Positions 35,378-45,678 of a DNA stretch of 64,000 bases are shown here, piece by piece (position 1 is the first letter of the stretch; each line of letters begins with the position of its first letter). The position numbers and the translations under genes are program-made. The stretch lies in IMG/VR virus record IMGVR_UViG_3300044695_004869, one strand, 5' to 3'. This DNA comes from a virus. Lineage: Duplodnaviria; Caudoviricetes. The notes under the pieces were generated by a model. The model did not search any database and had not been told where the DNA came from. It was given only the letters and a program-made list of their open reading frames with translations.

Positions 35378-37954
35378 TTACGCACTACAACTATAAGATG
35401 CAATACAAGCATCACAATCTCCAACAAATGTTATACCCGACCAACTTAAGTTAGGGGATTGAGGGTCTAATGATTGTACTTCGTAACATTGATTATCTGT
35501 ACCAATTATAATAGATCCAAGAGATGTGGATGTTGGTAAAATTACCCATTTTTTAGTTACACTGTCACAACAATATATTACCTCAAATACCGAGAAATCA
35601 CCACTTTTTGTTGGTGTCATAGTTGGGGTTTTAGTTACTGTTGGGGTTAGAGTTTTAGTTACTGTTGGAGTAGGTGTTAGAGTTTTAGTTACTGTTGGTG
35701 TTAGAGTTTTAGTTATTGTTGGAGTTGGTGTTAATGTGTTTGTTGGTGTAATAGTTGGTGTTGGTGTTATTGTTGGAGTTGGGGGTGTAACGTCACATTG
35801 TACACAAGAAATATCATAATTAATGATTAAATTAATAATGACTTTAGCATCCGCTAGTGTGTTAAATTTTGTTGGGTTACAACTTTTGTTAACATCTTTA
35901 CAATCATTAACTATAGTTATTTTATTTTTGGTAATATCTATATCTACTTCACCAATATCGGGGTAAGATAATAACACACTCTTTACAATATTAGCCCATT
36001 CAGTATCTGTTGGGTAATCATATATTCCTGTTGAGGTATAAAATAAATTTTGTTTAACCTCTCCATTAACAATTGTTTCAATTATAAATTGACCACTATT
36101 AACAATACAATTTAGATCATTTTCTGTCAAATCAAAAAACCCTTCATTATACATTTGACCAATACCTCTTCTACCATCAATTCCACTATTAACAAAATTA
36201 GTATCACTTATGTTATAAACCTGATAATTACCTAAAAGTATTGTCCCACTTAAAACAACAGTTTTATTATATGTACACCCAGAACTATCCACAACTTGTA
36301 AACTATATGTCCCGGCACTTAAATTTGTCACAGTTGATCCAGTTTGTAAATTTACATTTGAGGACCAATTATAGGTAAATGGTGGTGTACCACTACTAAT
36401 AAAAGCAATTATTTGACCATCATTACCATTAACAGGTTGAATTGTTAATAAATTAAAAAATACAGAACTTGATGGTCCGACATATGTTGTTGTAATTTGT
36501 GAACATCCATTCGCGTCTGTGACAGTAACTGTATAAAATCCTGATGGTAAGTTATTATAACTATTAATAGGTGAAACCGCATATCCTGTTATTTGATAAC
36601 TATATGGTAATGTTCCACCAGTCGTAGTTAATATCTGAATAGACCCATTATTTAATCCACAAGTTGTATTAGTTGTTAACGCCGTTATTGAAAATAAATT
36701 AACATTTGTAATAGTTGCCGACCCCGTATAAACACAACCCGAATTATTATCTATTAATATTGTATATGTATCTGAAGGTAAATTACTAAAAGTAGCATTA
36801 GTTCCAACCGTAATAGCATTAACCGTATTACCTGAAGAATCCAATATTGTATAAGTAAAAGTACCTGTTGGGGACCCGGTGTTTACTAAAATATTTATAG
36901 TTCCATTATTACCACAATTTGAGTTTGTTGATGTTATGGATGATACCGCAAATCCATTTGGTGTTATTAACGATATTGATTGAGTGTCGCTACATAATCC
37001 CGCATCTTTAACCGTAACTACTAAAGTACCCGAAGGTAGGTTATCAAACGTATAAGTGTTAGAAAAAGTTATTGACGTATCACCATTAGATCCCGAAAAA
37101 AAGAATGGAGCTGTTCCACCAGTTACCGTCACTTCAACGGCACCATCACTATTAAAACACGTACTTCCGGTCGTTGTAAATGACGCAATTCCTATAGGTG
37201 GTACATTATTAACAGATGCCCCCTCTGTAACAGAACATCCATTTGAATCTGTAACAGTAACGGTATAAAACCCAACAGTTAATCCCGTTGCCGTTGATCC
37301 AGTTTGACCATTACTCCAAAGATATGTGTACGGTCCAACACCTGTTTGACCCGTAACAAATATTTTACCTGATCCACCGGAAACATTACAACTAGCATCA
37401 TCAACAACATAAAACCCATAATCTAAAGTTGTTGATGTTAAAATAACAACACTTGCACTTAATCCTGTACAACCACCACCATCATCACCAATTATATAAT
37501 AAGTTCCTCCCGATAAGTTTGTAAATGTTAATCCACTTGTTGATGTTGCTCCACTAGTTATATAACCATTTGTTGTTTCATATAATAATCCGGTGCCGTA
37601 ACCATAAAAAGGCGTAAATCCAAAAGTTATTTCACCATTATCAACCCCACAAGTAGTATTTAATGCCGATTCAACACTTATTGTTGATCCTGAAGATATT
37701 GGTATATTAAGATATTCGGTAGTCGCACCAGAAAGACAAGAATCTTGTATCGCTAAAACATAGGTATCGGCAGAAAGACCACTATAATAATATGTGGTTG
37801 TTGCCGCGGATGTTGGTAATAATCCTGTTGATGTAACCTCATAAACAGTATACGGAGACGCACCTCCCGCTATTTCAACATAGATTTCACCAACGTTTGT
37901 ATTAGTACAATCGCCGGTTATGTATAAATTATATAGTATTTGTCCACAACTCAC
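35378..37954 (-). CDS. Putative virion fibre protein with multiple SprB-like repeats
   Basis: GVGPYTYLWSNGQTGSTATGLTVGFYTVTVTDSNGC and similar units; long PT/TK linker and Cys-rich C-terminal module. Confidence 0.8.
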   Translation of the reverse strand: MSCGQILYNLYITGDCTNTNVGEIYVEIAGGASPYTVYEVTSTGLLPTSAATTTYYYSGLSADTYVLAIQDSCLSGATTEYLNIPISSGSTISVESALNTTCGVDNGEITFGFTPFYGYGTGLLYETTNGYITSGATSTSGLTFTNLSGGTYYIIGDDGGGCTGLSASVVILTSTTLDYGFYVVDDASCNVSGGSGKIFVTGQTGVGPYTYLWSNGQTGSTATGLTVGFYTVTVTDSNGCSVTEGASVNNVPPIGIASFTTTGSTCFNSDGAVEVTVTGGTAPFFFSGSNGDTSITFSNTYTFDNLPSGTLVVTVKDAGLCSDTQSISLITPNGFAVSSITSTNSNCGNNGTINILVNTGSPTGTFTYTILDSSGNTVNAITVGTNATFSNLPSDTYTILIDNNSGCVYTGSATITNVNLFSITALTTNTTCGLNNGSIQILTTTGGTLPYSYQITGYAVSPINSYNNLPSGFYTVTVTDANGCSQITTTYVGPSSSVFFNLLTIQPVNGNDGQIIAFISSGTPPFTYNWSSNVNLQTGSTVTNLSAGTYSLQVVDSSGCTYNKTVVLSGTILLGNYQVYNISDTNFVNSGIDGRRGIGQMYNEGFFDLTENDLNCIVNSGQFIIETIVNGEVKQNLFYTSTGIYDYPTDTEWANIVKSVLLSYPDIGEVDIDITKNKITIVNDCKDVNKSCNPTKFNTLADAKVIINLIINYDISCVQCDVTPPTPTITPTPTITPTNTLTPTPTITKTLTPTVTKTLTPTPTVTKTLTPTVTKTPTMTPTKSGDFSVFEVIYCCDSVTKKWVILPTSTSLGSIIIGTDNQCYEVQSLDPQSPNLSWSGITFVGDCDACIASYSCSA
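35620..35785 (-). repeat. Coding tandem repeat (TPTVTKTL / PTITPT units)
   Basis: Imperfect 24-30 nt repeats with core GTTAGAGTTTTAGTTA(C/T)TGTTGG. Confidence 0.85.
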
Positions 37955-40900
37955 GGATTACATAGTATATCAAAGTTTATCCCAACATTTAATTCAAAGT
38001 TTTGGGTAGTATCTAACGGTAAACAGTTATTATTATATATAGTTATAGTTTGATCATCGGTGTTAATAATATAATCCAAACCATAATCAAGTAAACCAAC
38101 TAAAGCGTCATATAGACCATTAATCCAGTCATTTGCCGTTGGAACACTTAACGATGGGTTTGAATATCCAACACCATTAAAGAATTCATAAATTATTATT
38201 GGTGTCCCGTCAATTCTAATATCAATATACCAATCACTTTCCAATGTATTCAATAAACAATCATTATTAATATCCACATTAATATCATTTCCATAAGTGG
38301 TTAATGAACTACCTAAAAGAGCCCCAAAAGACGTAATAGATGGATTTGTATCCCAAGGATATAATCCAACAACAGTTTGCTGTACAGGACAGTCATATGA
38401 GAATATTTGAGTAATTAACTTACAAGGTTTACAAGGGACAGGAATAATTTCACAACCTCTTTGTCTTCTCCACACAAATTTTTGTCTGTGGAAAATTGAA
38501 TTCTCGTACTTAACACCAGTATTCCATATTGTTGTTGCCGGAATCATTTGTTCAACTAATCTAATCCAATAATCGCCCATACCATTAACATAATCAATCA
38601 TTGTTTGATAATTGAAGTTATCGTTAGGAACATTAATTGCTTGTTCGGACTCTAAATATTTCCAATATATTGATGATAATGTTGGATATCCACTAGTTTT
38701 ACCATCGGTCATAAACTGTCTATTCCTTACATTTATCATATTCTTCCAAAACGTTTGAGCAAACTCAAAAAATGTTTTTTGTTTTGGTTTTGGTACTATT
38801 ACCGTCCAATCTATACCTCCTCTGTTTGGATATTCAATATTTGGATATGGATTACAATAAGTGGGGTCTACATAGAATAAACCTTGTTCCGGTATTGGGT
38901 AATTATATCTTCTTGACATTGACCAAACATCATAAACCAACCCTTGAGCAGGATTCATAAAAAGATCAACATTTTTTACATTTATAACCAATCTATCATC
39001 AGAAACCCCATAGTAAGCATTAAAGTTACCATCAAAATTTTTTCTTAGATATTTTTCATTATCAGTCCAACTTTTTTTGTTATCCACAGTTTTTCTAAGG
39101 TTAAACCCTAAGTTCATATAAGGGAAACTACGATATCTTTCCAAATATTCTTGACCATAATTAAATGGTAATAATTTTGTTTGATAATTAGGGTTAGCCC
39201 CCGTAAACACACTATTTGTTAAATCTACTTGTTCCGGCATCCTATGTTGTGGGGTTGATTCAAACCAACCTCCTCCAATTTGAAAGAAATACGTATCTGT
39301 TGGTACAGGCATACTTGGGAAACCATAACTATCAATCGGATAATCATTTATCGTTAATGATACATCCTGACTAATTGTTGTTGTTGTAAACCCTGTGTAC
39401 TGAACACCCATTATAGAAAACAAATCATTCGTATCTAAAACAGGTAATTCTTGGGAATAAGTTCCTCCCGATATTTGAGCATATTGTATATTAAATTGTC
39501 TTAAATTAATTTTTTGATCAGCAACATATACGTGTTCATTAAATTCAGTTAATGCTTCAGGAGCTCCAACCATTCTTAATAAAATTTCTATTGATTTTCT
39601 TGTACCTTTTGATTTGAATAAAAAAGCGGAATTTAATATTAAGTTTCTAAAATATTGGTAGTTTAATTCCTCAGGTGTTTGACCTTGAGGCAAACCTGTA
39701 AAAGCATTACTACCGTCACTAAATACAGCATTTAATAACTGATCATTAGTGATCGGGGATATGTTAATATTCCACCCTAGTGTTTGTGCTAAGTTTTTAA
39801 GTAATTGTGATGGTATATCATTTTTAACATTATAATTAACTGAATTCATGTTGGCAAGAGCCGTAATGAATTTTCTTGTCTCATCAAAACTTCTACCATA
39901 AATTTGTAAAACCTTTTCCATTTTTCTATCCGAAGTATCAAATTCTTTGATTGCATCTGCGGTTAAAAATCTTGTTATTAAGTTAGTTTTATATAAATCA
40001 ATATATTCAGCAATGGTATTTAATTTTGTTAAATAGTTTGTAAATTTTGGTGAAACAATATCTAAGTTCCACGTACCAATTAATGGAAATATTGCAACTT
40101 CTTGACCATATGAATATGTACCGTCTTCATTCTCTATAGGTACTTGAAAATACGCACTATAAATCGGAACCATGTTTCTATTAAGTAGGAAATTTTCTAC
40201 CTGATCTAAATTTTCATTAAAAACTTTATTTACATAAAGTTGTTTTGGTCTTATTAAGAAGTTATCACTACTTGTTGTATTACTTAAAAATGGATTACCA
40301 TTAACGTATATTTTAAAAACTGTATCTGTTGGTTGCGCAGGTATAAAATCAGAAACAGGATATTCAACATCATTTAAAAATAACGAGTATTTCAAATATT
40401 GAGTTGTAAAGTTTCTTAAATAAGAAACAGGAATTTCTCTTAGTTCTATATTTCTTGTGGCATCAACAGTGTAGTCAATACCAAATGGATTCCTAATAAC
40501 TGAAATAGGTATTTCAAAATATGTTTCATCCTCAACACTATTATATGATGCATTTTGTACTGTTAAAGATGTAACAAAATTAGGTTGAGTACTTTGTATG
40601 TCTAACGCAGCCGGAAAATAATTTATTATATTACTTACCGAAGTTGACATTCTTTTTGTTAAAGACCCAAACATGGTAAAATTAGTTACCTGACTTAAAT
40701 CAAAATTAGGATAAACCCTAAAATTATCGGCAATTAATTTTTTTGATTCCTCAATACTATTAATATTTAACGTATCTAAAGATATTGGATCAGAAAAAGA
40801 TCCTATAGAAAATGTTCTATTTTGTTTTTCGGTAATATTTGTTGTAAACTCAAAATTTGCTTGGGTAAGACCTCCCCCATCAACTAATTGTAACCCAACT

Positions 40901-40968
40901 AAGTTGTCAGAAAAAGTGCCTTGACCGCTGGCAGGCTGAGGAGGACATTTATATTTATTTACCGCCAT
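37951..40968 (-). CDS. Putative baseplate wedge protein (gp7/P2 gpI-like segment)
   Basis: LLKNLAQTLGW...RNLILNSAFLFKSKGTRKSIEILLRMVG motif. Confidence 0.7.
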   Translation of the reverse strand: MAVNKYKCPPQPASGQGTFSDNLVGLQLVDGGGLTQANFEFTTNITEKQNRTFSIGSFSDPISLDTLNINSIEESKKLIADNFRVYPNFDLSQVTNFTMFGSLTKRMSTSVSNIINYFPAALDIQSTQPNFVTSLTVQNASYNSVEDETYFEIPISVIRNPFGIDYTVDATRNIELREIPVSYLRNFTTQYLKYSLFLNDVEYPVSDFIPAQPTDTVFKIYVNGNPFLSNTTSSDNFLIRPKQLYVNKVFNENLDQVENFLLNRNMVPIYSAYFQVPIENEDGTYSYGQEVAIFPLIGTWNLDIVSPKFTNYLTKLNTIAEYIDLYKTNLITRFLTADAIKEFDTSDRKMEKVLQIYGRSFDETRKFITALANMNSVNYNVKNDIPSQLLKNLAQTLGWNINISPITNDQLLNAVFSDGSNAFTGLPQGQTPEELNYQYFRNLILNSAFLFKSKGTRKSIEILLRMVGAPEALTEFNEHVYVADQKINLRQFNIQYAQISGGTYSQELPVLDTNDLFSIMGVQYTGFTTTTISQDVSLTINDYPIDSYGFPSMPVPTDTYFFQIGGGWFESTPQHRMPEQVDLTNSVFTGANPNYQTKLLPFNYGQEYLERYRSFPYMNLGFNLRKTVDNKKSWTDNEKYLRKNFDGNFNAYYGVSDDRLVINVKNVDLFMNPAQGLVYDVWSMSRRYNYPIPEQGLFYVDPTYCNPYPNIEYPNRGGIDWTVIVPKPKQKTFFEFAQTFWKNMINVRNRQFMTDGKTSGYPTLSSIYWKYLESEQAINVPNDNFNYQTMIDYVNGMGDYWIRLVEQMIPATTIWNTGVKYENSIFHRQKFVWRRQRGCEIIPVPCKPCKLITQIFSYDCPVQQTVVGLYPWDTNPSITSFGALLGSSLTTYGNDINVDINNDCLLNTLESDWYIDIRIDGTPIIIYEFFNGVGYSNPSLSVPTANDWINGLYDALVGLLDYGLDYIINTDDQTITIYNNNCLPLDTTQNFELNVGINFDILCNP

Positions 40969-41876
40969 TATGAAGTTATATTTGAGAAGTTTTTACTAAA
41001 ATCAATGTTATCACCTCTATCTTGTCTTACCTCATATAATAAATTATTAAATTGATCTCTAATCTCATAAAGGTTGTATTGTTTGTAGATATTGTTATCA
41101 CTATCGTAAATGGTGTATATACCATCATCCATAGATTTGGTTTGATTACCGTATAACGCAATCGCCAATGTTGATATATCGTGTTCAACAATTTCAATTT
41201 CAACCGTTGTTGGGTTGAAGAATGTATTTGAGATTATAATATTTTGATCAGGTTGTCCAATAAATGGTGTTGCATTTGGTTTATTGGTTGGTGATGATGA
41301 TGGTGATAACGTACAAAAAATCAAGTTTGTTGACGCTTCTACATATCTATATCTTATCGCTTTTTGACTAGTGTTTGTTAAATTTTCAACCACAGGTTCA
41401 CAATAAAATGATGAGGTTATTATCCTAAAGAAGTTAGGAATTTTTGTTCCATCAGAATTTAAATATTCAACTCTAAAACCAACTAAACCTTGATTAATAA
41501 ATTTGTTTCTAAAGTTAGATGGTACATTATTGATGTCTACAACGATACCTTTAACATTTGGTAATGCAGATAAAATACCACAGTCAAGAATTTTAGTTCT
41601 AATTTCCGCAGGTCTTATATATAGTGTGTAAATCCCTAATTGGTTAAATTGATCGGTTGGTAATTTAAGATTATATAAACCCCCAAGTATTTCAACATTC
41701 GCATTACCACCAGTAGTTCCATTGTGGAAATATGGTCGTAATACAGTACTAGCATTTAATTTTGTTAGTACGAAATTGTCCGTTTCGTCTCTTGATGGTG
41801 TATAATTTAAAATTATTTCTACGTCATCAGGACTCACATCAGCACTTCTTATTGTTCCGTAATTACCTGTAGCCAC
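40968..41876 (-). CDS. Putative structural protein (GTG start)
   Basis: 302 aa within the baseplate cluster; TATTTAT at 41913-41919. Confidence 0.75.
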   Translation of the reverse strand: MATGNYGTIRSADVSPDDVEIILNYTPSRDETDNFVLTKLNASTVLRPYFHNGTTGGNANVEILGGLYNLKLPTDQFNQLGIYTLYIRPAEIRTKILDCGILSALPNVKGIVVDINNVPSNFRNKFINQGLVGFRVEYLNSDGTKIPNFFRIITSSFYCEPVVENLTNTSQKAIRYRYVEASTNLIFCTLSPSSSPTNKPNATPFIGQPDQNIIISNTFFNPTTVEIEIVEHDISTLAIALYGNQTKSMDDGIYTIYDSDNNIYKQYNLYEIRDQFNNLLYEVRQDRGDNIDFSKNFSNITS

Positions 41877-41926
41877 AATTATTAGTTTTTAAAATTTGTT
41901 TATCGTTTAAATATAAATACTCAAAA

Positions 41927-43099
41927 TCATTGTTTTTCAACATTAAAAAATCCATATCCATATTTTTCTAAGTCCCCAACATTATCCACTTCACCAAGTC
42001 GTTCAACGAATTCTAATGCTGAATTTTTACCTCTTTCAACATATACATCTGTTTGAATTTCGGGTTGATCAACCACATTAAGCAATGCCTCATTTTTAGT
42101 TATCGCCGATAATATTAAATCATTTTGCGTAAATCCAGATGAATCAATGACATATATTGTAGTACCATCATTATAATCATAATAAAGAATATCATTAATT
42201 GTATATGCAGTATATGTATTTGTTGGATCTGGTCCCCAATAAGTCCCAACAGATTCTGATGTACCCGTAACTTGTATACCTAATTTAAATTTACCACCAA
42301 ATAAATTATATGTTGGCCCATACACTCTTAAATCATTAACATTTGATTGTGTTAATCCTGTAATTACAAATGGTACCGTAGTATAATTAGAACTTATATA
42401 ATCATTTACATTTGTATTTGAATCCCCCGAAAAAATGTAATCATAACTAAATGATGTATTTGCCCAACTTCCACCAGCAGGAGTAAAAGTCGCCACACCA
42501 TTAGGATTTAAAATTGGTACATTAGTAAATGGTACCGTAACTGTTTTGGTTATAATAGATATCCCCCAAGGTGAAGTCGCCTTTAATGTAATTGTAAAAG
42601 TTTGATTAACAACAGGGTAAACATGGGTATATTGTGTTGGACTTGTTACAGTTTGTATAGGTGACCCATCACCCCAATCAACAGTATACGTTGAGACGGA
42701 CAAAAACTTTTTAAACTCCGTATCCGAAGTATTAAAGAAAAAAAACGTGTATGGATTACTTGTTGTTGCCGAAAATATAAAATTAGTAATAACTTCTTTT
42801 TGTAATATTGCTCCATCAAAAACAGAATAATAACCAATATCAGTTGCAACCTCAGTTAAAAGGATTGGAATGGTTAATCCCGTTAACAGTGATTGACCAT
42901 TTGTCCCCCCTGATAAAATCTGAGACATACCTGAGTACACACCCGTAAATCCAGTCAATGTCGTGGGGGTTACCGAAGTAATAGAACAACAAGGATCAGC
43001 ACTATACGCATATCCGGTATTCTCAATATACGTAACTTCCACAATGTCTCTCTTAACATTTTCGGGAGATATTTTAAAATAATATTTTTGTTCTTCCAT
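41927..43099 (-). CDS. Putative structural protein with PKD-like domain
   Basis: YTVDWGDGS...THVY...FTITLKA motif. Confidence 0.75.
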   Translation of the reverse strand: MEEQKYYFKISPENVKRDIVEVTYIENTGYAYSADPCCSITSVTPTTLTGFTGVYSGMSQILSGGTNGQSLLTGLTIPILLTEVATDIGYYSVFDGAILQKEVITNFIFSATTSNPYTFFFFNTSDTEFKKFLSVSTYTVDWGDGSPIQTVTSPTQYTHVYPVVNQTFTITLKATSPWGISIITKTVTVPFTNVPILNPNGVATFTPAGGSWANTSFSYDYIFSGDSNTNVNDYISSNYTTVPFVITGLTQSNVNDLRVYGPTYNLFGGKFKLGIQVTGTSESVGTYWGPDPTNTYTAYTINDILYYDYNDGTTIYVIDSSGFTQNDLILSAITKNEALLNVVDQPEIQTDVYVERGKNSALEFVERLGEVDNVGDLEKYGYGFFNVEKQ

Positions 43100-43100
43100 C

Positions 43101-43922
43101 TTACGGGTTTACATATTCATACCACAAAATTGGGAATCCATCAATACCAACTCTTTGTGTTAAATTAGAAGTCGCATAAACTTCATAAGTTTTATTTATA
43201 TAATCTAAATTCACTTTGTAGTAAAAGTATTCATTAGGATTAAATGTGAATTTATTCGCAATGTTTGATTGTGGCGTGTTTGTCATTTTAACATAAACAC
43301 CCAATCTTGCATCAAAAAATTTAGCACTCATATAGAATTCACTTATATCAATATATTCTTGTTTTCTTAACCAATATATATGAAATCCCTCTTTATCACC
43401 AACATAATCCAAACTAAATTTTGGTATTCTTATATCAACATTAGAAAGTAAGGTTGTTAATGATACAGATTGGGTAAATCCTTGTTGTACAGGTAAAATA
43501 ATCGTTAAATATAATACTTGAGTTTTTTCATCATCAGTATCATATAAATCCAATTTAAAAAATGATTTAGTAAATGGTTTTGAGTAATAATAAACCTCAT
43601 CAACTGTAAAACCTTCATCTAAATAACTATTATTCCAATTTGTACTAGTAACCAATGGTGAGGTTATAGGTGATACATTATCATAAAAATAAAATTCATA
43701 ATTTATATTTGTTTTTTCAAAATTTAAATTATCAACATACTCATTATGAGAAAACTGAAGTACCTCAAAATCATTTACGGAACCAATTACCTCTTTGATC
43801 ATTGTTTCCTGATAAACTTCAATACTATCATCCCTTCCAAGAAAATCCCAATTCATTTCCAAAGGAATATTAAGATACTGATCGTTCTCAGGTAAAACTA
43901 TTTTATATTTATTCACAATCAT
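43101..43922 (-). CDS. Putative structural protein
   Basis: 273 aa, aromatic- and Asn-rich, in the structural operon. Confidence 0.7.
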   Translation of the reverse strand: MIVNKYKIVLPENDQYLNIPLEMNWDFLGRDDSIEVYQETMIKEVIGSVNDFEVLQFSHNEYVDNLNFEKTNINYEFYFYDNVSPITSPLVTSTNWNNSYLDEGFTVDEVYYYSKPFTKSFFKLDLYDTDDEKTQVLYLTIILPVQQGFTQSVSLTTLLSNVDIRIPKFSLDYVGDKEGFHIYWLRKQEYIDISEFYMSAKFFDARLGVYVKMTNTPQSNIANKFTFNPNEYFYYKVNLDYINKTYEVYATSNLTQRVGIDGFPILWYEYVNP

Positions 43923-45678
43923 CTACTATTGGTTCTGCTATTACGGTTATGTCATCAATACCCACATTATCACCTTCAGGTGTTATTCTAAAAATGGTGT
44001 TTACAAATGGGTAATGTTTACCATTTATAAATGGATAGTCAACTCCAACCCCATCGTTATCAACAAACCCATATGGATATATATCTCTCCATCTAAAACT
44101 ATTTGATAAGTTTGAATAAAAAGCGTAATCAGGAATGTTAACAACTTTTAATGGGTCTCCTTCCTCAACATATGTTGAATATCTTCTTATTACTATTGGG
44201 TCATGGGGTTTATAATAATAACCAAATTGATTAGATTGTGGGGCATCTGTATTTAACCCAAAATAATTTTGATTAAATGTAATTTTTTGATTGTACCTCG
44301 AAATCACCCTTTCAGTTTGTTCATAATCATTCCACTCACAATAATCACCATCAATTAAGTCACCAGATTTAAGATTTTCATTAAAAATAAATGGTCCAAC
44401 CGGTGGAACTGTTAAACTATTGTATGTATTAGTTGAGATATTTGTATTAGATAAAGGGTTTGAAACGTCCCACCAAGGATTGGGTATCGTATTACTAAGT
44501 GGTGTATTAAAATCCCAACCTTGTTTTAATCTTTTTGTCCACCCAAAATATCCTTTCCATACCGTTGTAAAGTATAATTCGGATATAGGTCTGTTTTGAT
44601 TATCCCTAAGTGGTTGTACATCAATATCCACATTAAAAGAAAGAGAATATGCTTGACCCCCTTCTTTAACAGATGATCTTGACACATTATTTGGTGTCAA
44701 CACCGCGGTTTCAAATTTAGTTTTTGGAATATAAATATTTTGTTCAAAACCAGCCTTTACTAAAACCGCATCTTCAGCGTTTGTTAAAATTTTATGAACT
44801 CTTACATAATATTCCGATTTAGTTTCATTAAGGTTACTTCTATTAATAACCCTTTTAAACGTACCAATGTTACCATTATTAAACGTTGTACCAATATATC
44901 CAATATTATATATGTTAAAAATATATTCATTACTACCAAAAGCCGGATCCCCCAAACTAATTACCTGAAATATACTTGTGTTATTATAAGTTAAAGATAG
45001 TTCAACAAACTCATTAACATTTAAACCATGTTTCATTGGACATCTAAATGAAATGACGGGTCCGAAATCATCATTACCTTGACTAATTATAAATGGTATA
45101 CCATCTGAAGCAACCCAAGCCCAACTTGCGGTTGTTATATTATCAATAGCATACATTTGTCTATTGGGTTCATTAGTAAAACCATAACTGATATAATGTG
45201 TCCAATTATATGTACTGGCACTTTTATTAACAAAATTTATATGGTTATTTGGTGGTACGGTATAACCAACAATATTATTGTCGGTTCTTATAAAATCAAA
45301 TTCAAAATATTGAGGATATCCCTCCCAAAGCACACTTAAGTTAGGTTGTATTGGGGGTAAGTTACCATTAGGAAACGTAGAAATTGTGTTAGCAATTGCA
45401 TTAGTGTAATATAGGTTGTTTTTAAAAGGAGCATAATTTGTTGTTCCCGTATATGTATTTTTAAAAATGACCGAATATTTTGTCACAGGTCTAAAAATAG
45501 TCCCCCTTTGTCTTTCATCACTAAAAACTTGTTGTAACCCCAAATCAACATTTCTATCAAATTCAATTAATTCTTTTTCATTTTGATTTAAATCAACATT
45601 TACGGACAATACCGTATTTGGGGACGCTTTGTATCTCAAAGACCCTAAAACAATTTTTGTTGTGTCATTTACTCCCAT
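43909..45678 (-). CDS. Putative structural protein
   Basis: 589 aa, overlapping neighbours in the operon. Confidence 0.75.
   Translation of the reverse strand: MGVNDTTKIVLGSLRYKASPNTVLSVNVDLNQNEKELIEFDRNVDLGLQQVFSDERQRGTIFRPVTKYSVIFKNTYTGTTNYAPFKNNLYYTNAIANTISTFPNGNLPPIQPNLSVLWEGYPQYFEFDFIRTDNNIVGYTVPPNNHINFVNKSASTYNWTHYISYGFTNEPNRQMYAIDNITTASWAWVASDGIPFIISQGNDDFGPVISFRCPMKHGLNVNEFVELSLTYNNTSIFQVISLGDPAFGSNEYIFNIYNIGYIGTTFNNGNIGTFKRVINRSNLNETKSEYYVRVHKILTNAEDAVLVKAGFEQNIYIPKTKFETAVLTPNNVSRSSVKEGGQAYSLSFNVDIDVQPLRDNQNRPISELYFTTVWKGYFGWTKRLKQGWDFNTPLSNTIPNPWWDVSNPLSNTNISTNTYNSLTVPPVGPFIFNENLKSGDLIDGDYCEWNDYEQTERVISRYNQKITFNQNYFGLNTDAPQSNQFGYYYKPHDPIVIRRYSTYVEEGDPLKVVNIPDYAFYSNLSNSFRWRDIYPYGFVDNDGVGVDYPFINGKHYPFVNTIFRITPEGDNVGIDDITVIAEPIVDDCE

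Noticed and set aside
35526-35819. Val/Gly-rich ORFs (27571-27813, 30251-30436, 35526-35819)
   Set aside because: Shadow frames or antisense readings of PT/Thr repeats in longer genes.
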